DNA from: Bacilli bacterium
GTDB taxonomy: Bacteria; Bacillota_I; Bacilli_A; RF39; UBA660
Direction: 5' to 3'
Length of the DNA stretch: 64,000 nt
Assembly: GCA_900768345.1 (NCBI GenBank)
Contig: CAAGCO010000009.1
Coordinates: 11,080 to 75,079 of the forward strand
Positions 59,377 to 64,000 of this stretch are shown one piece after another (the stretch's first letter is position 1; the number at the start of each line of letters is the position of its first letter). The notes beneath the pieces are model-generated. The model did not search any database and was not told the origin of the DNA. It saw only the letters and a list, made by a program, of their open reading frames with translations. A program made the position numbers and the translations under genes.

Positions 59377-61083
59377 ATGTCAAATAATTATGATGATTAT
59401 GGCTACGAAGATAAAGAATATGATGATGGCAGTGCAGTAAAGAAAAGAATACTAATTGGTTTTTTAATTGTTGCAGCAATCATTATTGTAGTACTTCTAA
59501 TATTAAAGGGTTGTGCTAAGAACGATAAACCTATAAACCCAACTGAACCAACATTTGATTACGAAAAAACATTATTAGAAGCAGGTAAGAAATATTATGA
59601 AAATAATACTTACTTACTACCAATAGCAAATGGTGAATGTGGAGTTGTTGAATTAAGCACATTAAAATCACTAGGATTAGTAAATCCGGAAAATTTTAGT
59701 ACATGTGATGAATCAAGAACATACGTTAAAGTTTGCGTACTACCAAATGGTACTAAACAATACACACCTTGGTTAAGTTGTACAGATAAGAATTCTGATA
59801 CAGAATACGCTGATGAAAAAGAAGGAACTATATCTGATATTGTACCTGATGAAAGCTTAGTAAGATTTACATTCTTACCAAAAAGATTAAAAGCAGGAGC
59901 ACAAAATTTAGGACCTGTAGAAGAAATGTGGAAAGATGAAATAAAATATACATCTTATAAAACAATTGCAACTACAAAGTACTATAGATATAGAGATAAA
60001 TTATATACTTGGAAGATATCAGATAAAACATACTACACATCAACTGGTGAAAAGAAAAAAGCAAGTGATGTAAAAGAGTATTACACAGTATCACCAAATA
60101 ATAAATATAATTTATCAAGTGATAAAACAACTGAAGCATATAAATGGTTTACAACAACAGGTGGAACTAAAACTTATGCATTAAACTCAAAAGGTGAAAA
60201 GATTTACAGCCAAACAAATATTAAAGACTATGTATATGCAGATGATGGAGTAAAGGTTGAATATCAAACAAGAAAACAAACTGGTAGTGGAAGAGATCCA
60301 TATCATTTCTATATTTGTGGAAAATATTCAACATCAACAGTTAAGAAATATCAATTAGGAGTTAAATGTGGTGAAGATCCAGAAGATCCACAATTAGCAT
60401 ATACGTTTGAAGAATTCTACTCATGTAGTAAGGGTGATCGTAATTCAATCGAATCAGATAGAGTTAAAAAAGGCGACAAATGCTATACATATGGAGAATG
60501 GAAATTAAGCATGGACAGTTGTGATGTAAGCAAACCAACATGTAGAAAGATTAATCCATTATATTATTACCACTGGTATAAATTAACAGGCGGAACTAAG
60601 AGTTATTATCCATCAGGAAGTTCTAGTGCAAGTGGTGAAAAAGTTTACTATACATCTGCACCTATAGATGGAGCTACTAAAGATTCATCTACAAAAGCAA
60701 CAGCATATAAATGGTATAAAGCAACTGAAAAAGAAACAACTGAATATACAGCAGTTGCACCAAAAGGATATTCTGATGCAACTAGAACAAGCAAATCTAA
60801 ATGGGGAAATTGGACTGAATATAGTGCAAAAAATCCAAAAGTATCTGATGGAAGAAACAGACAAATCGAAACAAAAACAAAAATTAAATTACAAGAAATT
60901 AAAGGAACAAATGATTCAAGTTGGGAAGATTTAAGTACAACATATGTAACTGAAGAAGAAATGATAAATATTTATAAACAAAATAAATATAATGTTAACT
61001 CACTTCAAGATATTAATAACAACGGTGAATTAAAATATGACATTAAAATGATTATTAGAAACAAAAAGGAGGCTAGTCAATAA
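59377..61083 (+). CDS. Hypothetical type II membrane protein with Cys-, Tyr- and Lys-rich ectodomain
   Basis: Acidic N-terminus, one TM helix (ILIGFLIVAAIIIVVLLIL), and an ectodomain of about 510 aa with recurring TKxYYxSxG / AYKWY-type motifs. Confidence 0.55.
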   Translation: MSNNYDDYGYEDKEYDDGSAVKKRILIGFLIVAAIIIVVLLILKGCAKNDKPINPTEPTFDYEKTLLEAGKKYYENNTYLLPIANGECGVVELSTLKSLGLVNPENFSTCDESRTYVKVCVLPNGTKQYTPWLSCTDKNSDTEYADEKEGTISDIVPDESLVRFTFLPKRLKAGAQNLGPVEEMWKDEIKYTSYKTIATTKYYRYRDKLYTWKISDKTYYTSTGEKKKASDVKEYYTVSPNNKYNLSSDKTTEAYKWFTTTGGTKTYALNSKGEKIYSQTNIKDYVYADDGVKVEYQTRKQTGSGRDPYHFYICGKYSTSTVKKYQLGVKCGEDPEDPQLAYTFEEFYSCSKGDRNSIESDRVKKGDKCYTYGEWKLSMDSCDVSKPTCRKINPLYYYHWYKLTGGTKSYYPSGSSSASGEKVYYTSAPIDGATKDSSTKATAYKWYKATEKETTEYTAVAPKGYSDATRTSKSKWGNWTEYSAKNPKVSDGRNRQIETKTKIKLQEIKGTNDSSWEDLSTTYVTEEEMINIYKQNKYNVNSLQDINNNGELKYDIKMIIRNKKEASQ

Positions 61084-63131
61084 TGGATAAAGTTAGAGAA
61101 CTAGAAGCTAGATTAGAAGAAATTTTAAAAAATGATACACCTTTAGAAGAAATAGGAGCATTAGAACTAGGAAACACATGGAGAATTTTAGATGGCATCA
61201 AAAATGAGGCCAATGAAATAATGTTAGATATGCTTGTTGGTGCAACAAGAGATGAAAAAGGAAGAATGGTATCAAAAGACAAAACAACATTTGATCTTAA
61301 AGAAATTTCACAAATCTCAACTGGATTAGATATAATTACTGATAAAGCATACGATAAAATGCATGAGTTATTAATGGAAAAAAATAGAAAATTTGATCTA
61401 ATAGCTCAAAAACGTGATATGAAAAAAATACTAATTCATGCACGTTATCAAAATAATTCATTAATTAAAACTACAGAAATTGAAATAGAATCAATTAAAA
61501 GAGATAAACAAGTTATAGCCGATATAATGAAAGCTGATGAAGAAAAAGGAGAATTATCTTCAGAAAAGAAAGCACTTTATGAAAGAGAATTAGAGAATAA
61601 AGACGCTATAATAAATGCTAAAATGGATTCTATCAACATGTTAAAAGAAAGAAATGAAGAATGCAATAATGATTTAGATAAAATTCAAAACGACATTAAT
61701 ATTTTAATGAATGGTGGTAAATTAGAAGAACCAAGTTTAGAACAAGCACCAGCAGAGCCAGAAAGAACTGAGGAAGAGCCAACAGTTGAGCCTATTACTC
61801 CAGAGGAACCAGAAAGAACTGAAGGCGAACCTGAAGTAACACCAGTTCCATTCCCAGTTGGACCTGAAACACCAACAGAACCAGAAAGAACTGAGGGCGA
61901 ACCAGTAGTAACACCAGTTCCATTCCCAGTTGGACCTGAAACTCCAACAGAACCAGAAAGAACTGAGGGCGAACCAGTAGTAACACCAGTTCCATTCCCA
62001 GTTGGACCTGAAACTCCAGCAGAACCAGAAAGAACTGGAGAAGAACCTGAGGTAACACCAGTTCCATTCCCAGGTGGTGGCGAAGAACTTCCAGTAGAAC
62101 CTGAAGAAGAAGAACCAACAGTTGAAGAAACACCTGAACCAGAGCAAGAAGAAGAGGAAGAAGAATACGAACCAACACCAGCACCACTTCCATTATGGAA
62201 GAAAGTAACACTAGGATTAATGACAGCAGCAACTGTGTTCCTAGGAGCAATTGGTGTTCATACAGGAATTATTGCTCACAATCAAAATAGAATGGCTGAT
62301 AGTTTAGAACATATAGCAATGGTTGATGTAGATAATCAAGAACCAGATCAAGATGAAGATCCTAAAAATGAACCAGATGATGATAAAGATAAAGACCAAG
62401 ATCAAGGAAAAAATCCCAGTCCTGGGGATAAGGATGTAAATCCAGGATCCCCTAGTACTGAACCAACAAATCCGGAACCAACAAATCCGGAGCCAACAAA
62501 TCCAGAGCCATCAAATCCGGAGCCATCAAATCCGGAGCCATCAAATCCAGAGCCATCAAATCCGGAGCCATCAAATCCGGAGCCATCAAATCCGGAGCCA
62601 TCAAATCCAGAACCATCAAATCCTGACCCAGGACAAAGTGATTATGAAAAGGAAAACGGATTACCTGCACATTTAGATGAAGGTGAAGTAATCTATGATG
62701 AAAGCACTGGAATTTCAGTAAATGATAAAGGTGAAACTTATCAAGAAAATAAAGATGGATCATTAAGTTATCTTGGAGATCAAAATTTGGATAAATCAAA
62801 TTCAGGTTCATCAATAGTAGGTGAAGATGAATTAAATCCATCTATTCCTCAAAATCCACCAATTACTGGCGAAGAAAAAACTGCAGAGGAAGCAGGATTA
62901 ACAGAAGGAGAACGTGATTCATTACAAGATGCACTTGATGGAGTAAGTGGTGAAGATGCTTTAGACGAAAAAGTATCTAATGCACATTCAACTCCTGCAA
63001 CTGGAGAAGATTATACGCAAGCACAAAACCAAGCAGAATTAGATAAACAAACTGATGCTGATATTGCTAATTTCTTCTCAAACAATGGAATATTCGATGC
63101 ATTAAATGATGGACAAGCGCTTATGCGTTAA
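61083..63131 (+). CDS. Hypothetical bitopic protein: coiled-coil N-domain, Pro-rich repeats, TM helix, EPSNP repeats, acidic C-domain
   Basis: ATG overlaps the upstream stop as TAATG. TM helix VTLGLMTAATVFLGAIGVHTGII sits at about residue 375. Two tandem repeat families. Confidence 0.6.
   Translation: MDKVRELEARLEEILKNDTPLEEIGALELGNTWRILDGIKNEANEIMLDMLVGATRDEKGRMVSKDKTTFDLKEISQISTGLDIITDKAYDKMHELLMEKNRKFDLIAQKRDMKKILIHARYQNNSLIKTTEIEIESIKRDKQVIADIMKADEEKGELSSEKKALYERELENKDAIINAKMDSINMLKERNEECNNDLDKIQNDINILMNGGKLEEPSLEQAPAEPERTEEEPTVEPITPEEPERTEGEPEVTPVPFPVGPETPTEPERTEGEPVVTPVPFPVGPETPTEPERTEGEPVVTPVPFPVGPETPAEPERTGEEPEVTPVPFPGGGEELPVEPEEEEPTVEETPEPEQEEEEEEYEPTPAPLPLWKKVTLGLMTAATVFLGAIGVHTGIIAHNQNRMADSLEHIAMVDVDNQEPDQDEDPKNEPDDDKDKDQDQGKNPSPGDKDVNPGSPSTEPTNPEPTNPEPTNPEPSNPEPSNPEPSNPEPSNPEPSNPEPSNPEPSNPEPSNPDPGQSDYEKENGLPAHLDEGEVIYDESTGISVNDKGETYQENKDGSLSYLGDQNLDKSNSGSSIVGEDELNPSIPQNPPITGEEKTAEEAGLTEGERDSLQDALDGVSGEDALDEKVSNAHSTPATGEDYTQAQNQAELDKQTDADIANFFSNNGIFDALNDGQALMR
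61806..62093 (+). repeat. Four tandem 72-nt coding repeats (EPERTEGEPVVTPVPFPVGPETPT)
   Basis: Unit starts at 61806, 61878, 61950 and 62022, all in frame. The middle two are near-identical and the last diverges in its 3' half. Confidence 0.9.
62460..62624 (+). repeat. Eleven tandem 15-nt coding repeats (EPTNP x3, EPSNP x8)
   Basis: gagccatcaaatccg units read directly from the sequence, in frame. Confidence 0.95.
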
Positions 63132-63152
63132 TGTATAAAGGAGGAAAAGAGA

Positions 63153-63395
63153 ATGGAAAATTTAACAAATCAAGTTTTAAACCTAAAAAGTGGTAAAAAG
63201 TATTTTGTACTTAGACAAGCATCATATAAAGGCGTAACATACTTCTTAGGTGCTGAAATCACTCCTGATGGTGAGGACTTTACAAATCAATTCGTATTTT
63301 TTGAAGATATTAAAAGGGATGGCAAATCTTTAGTAAAAGAAGTTAAAGATCCTGCAATACTTCAAGTATTAGCAAAAAATATTAAATTAGATTAA
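63153..63395 (+). CDS. Small hypothetical protein (80 aa)
   Basis: AAGGAGG RBS, soluble and acidic. Last gene of the sigE-sigG insert. Confidence 0.45.
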   Translation: MENLTNQVLNLKSGKKYFVLRQASYKGVTYFLGAEITPDGEDFTNQFVFFEDIKRDGKSLVKEVKDPAILQVLAKNIKLD

Positions 63396-63411
63396 TGAAT
63401 AAAAAAATAAA

Positions 63412-63445
63412 AATTCTTTCAATATATAATTGAAAGGATTTTTTT
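63412..63445 (+). terminator. Hairpin plus U-run abutting the sigG start; its 3' arm contains the sigG Shine-Dalgarno
   Basis: aattctttcaat-atata-attgaaaggatt (12 bp, one G-U pair) followed by TTTTT and then ATG at 63446. Confidence 0.6.
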
Positions 63446-64000
63446 ATGGCAAAGAATAAAGTAGAAATAACAGGAATTAATACAAGCACTCTAAAAACGT
63501 TAAACACTGATGAGATGAATAATTTATTTATTGAACTTCAAAAAGGCAACAAAAGTGCTAAAAACACCCTTATAGAAGGGAATTTGAAATTAGTATTAAG
63601 TATATTAAAGAAATATCAAAATAGATGTGATAATTTAGATGATTTATTTCAAATAGGAACAATTGGTTTAATAAAAGCAATTGATAATTTTGATCTATCT
63701 TTTGGAGTAAAATTTAGTACTTATGCAGTTCTAATGATAGAAGGTGAAATTAAAAGATACATAAGAGATAATAATCAAATAAGAATATCAAGAACTATAA
63801 AAGAACTCTCTTATCAAATAATAAACTATAAAGAAACATATCTTAAAGATAATGGAATATATCCATCAAATGAAGAAATATGCGAATACTTTAATATTAC
63901 ACCATATGAACTATATAATGCATTATCTTCTCTAACAGAACCAATGAGTATATTTGAACCCATATATAATGACGGAGGAGATACAATATATTTATTAGAT
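63446..64000 (+). CDS. sigG: Sporulation sigma factor SigG (3' end lies outside the window)
   Basis: My own translation gives MAKNKVEITGINTSTLKTL...GNLKLVLSILKKY...FSTYAVLMIEGEIKRYIRDNNQIRISRT. This closely parallels B. subtilis SigG (NKVEICGVDTSKL, RYLRDNNPIRVSRS). It is missing from the ORF track because there is no stop within the window. Confidence 0.85.
   Translation, partial: MAKNKVEITGINTSTLKTLNTDEMNNLFIELQKGNKSAKNTLIEGNLKLVLSILKKYQNRCDNLDDLFQIGTIGLIKAIDNFDLSFGVKFSTYAVLMIEGEIKRYIRDNNQIRISRTIKELSYQIINYKETYLKDNGIYPSNEEICEYFNITPYELYNALSSLTEPMSIFEPIYNDGGDTIYLLD

Noticed and set aside
60668-60934. The 88-aa alternative-frame ORF inside the 59377-61083 gene.
   Set aside because: It is on the same strand, out of frame and Lys/Gln-rich, with no independent start signals.
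62460-62624. A CRISPR-like or non-coding satellite interpretation of the 15-nt array. The same question applies to the 72-nt array at 61806-62093 and the 75-nt array at 17880-18776.
   Set aside because: The units are directly abutting with no spacers. They are in frame within long ORFs and translate to regular peptide repeats, so they are coding tandem repeats.
61737-62841. Long minus-strand ORFs 61737-62147, 61795-62250 and 62452-62841.
   Set aside because: They are artefacts of the repeat arrays: periodic sequence without stops on the opposite strand, repetitive Trp/Phe/Cys or Leu-rich translations, and no start context.

Overview
This is an AT-rich (roughly 70% A+T by eye) chromosomal segment from an endospore-forming low-GC Firmicute. 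It looks Clostridia- or Erysipelotrichia-like, but no finer call is possible without a database search. It holds about 60 genes, all but three on the + strand. Most are housekeeping blocks that keep Bacillus-type synteny: (1) parE-parC; (2) an Asn T-box leader followed by asnS-aspS-gatCAB; (3) an Ala T-box leader followed by an unusually short alaS; (4) rlmN-prpC-prkC-rsgA-rpe; (5) yqfC-yqfD-(vanZ-like)-ybeY-dgkA-cdd-era-yqzL-recO; (6) CIRCE-hrcA-grpE-dnaK-(pepF)-dnaJ; (7) dnaG-sigA-trmK; (8) a cyclophilin gene and folD; (9) rpsD, murB and rpmB; (10) spoIIGA-sigE-(three inserted genes)-sigG. There are four accessory islets. At 4.5-8.5 kb: a lipoprotein, a hybrid histidine kinase, a GT2 glycosyltransferase and a membrane protein. 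At 15.2-19 kb: a DUF3048 protein, a Pro/Ala-rich anchor protein and a TasA-like/DUF285-repeat surface protein. At 28-32.4 kb: a coiled-coil ORF, a frameshifted pseudopilin, a start-less ORF, a C39-peptidase ABC exporter, two unannotated double-glycine-leader peptides and an Rpn-type nuclease remnant. At 59.4-63.4 kb: two large membrane-anchored proteins, one with 72-nt and 15-nt tandem coding repeats. The observations most worth a second look are the unannotated candidate two-peptide bacteriocin, a vestigial second rlmN 3' end, a 10-Cys N-terminal extension on GrpE, the C-Ala-less AlaRS, the Asn T-box over both routes to Asn-tRNA, the sigE-sigG insertion, and a promoter-like 13-mer/47-mer repeat bracketing the bacteriocin module. 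I saw no rRNA, tRNA, CRISPR array, intact IS element or prophage. I could not identify a complete, clearly novel multi-gene system, so the candidates below are hypotheses from reading the sequence only.
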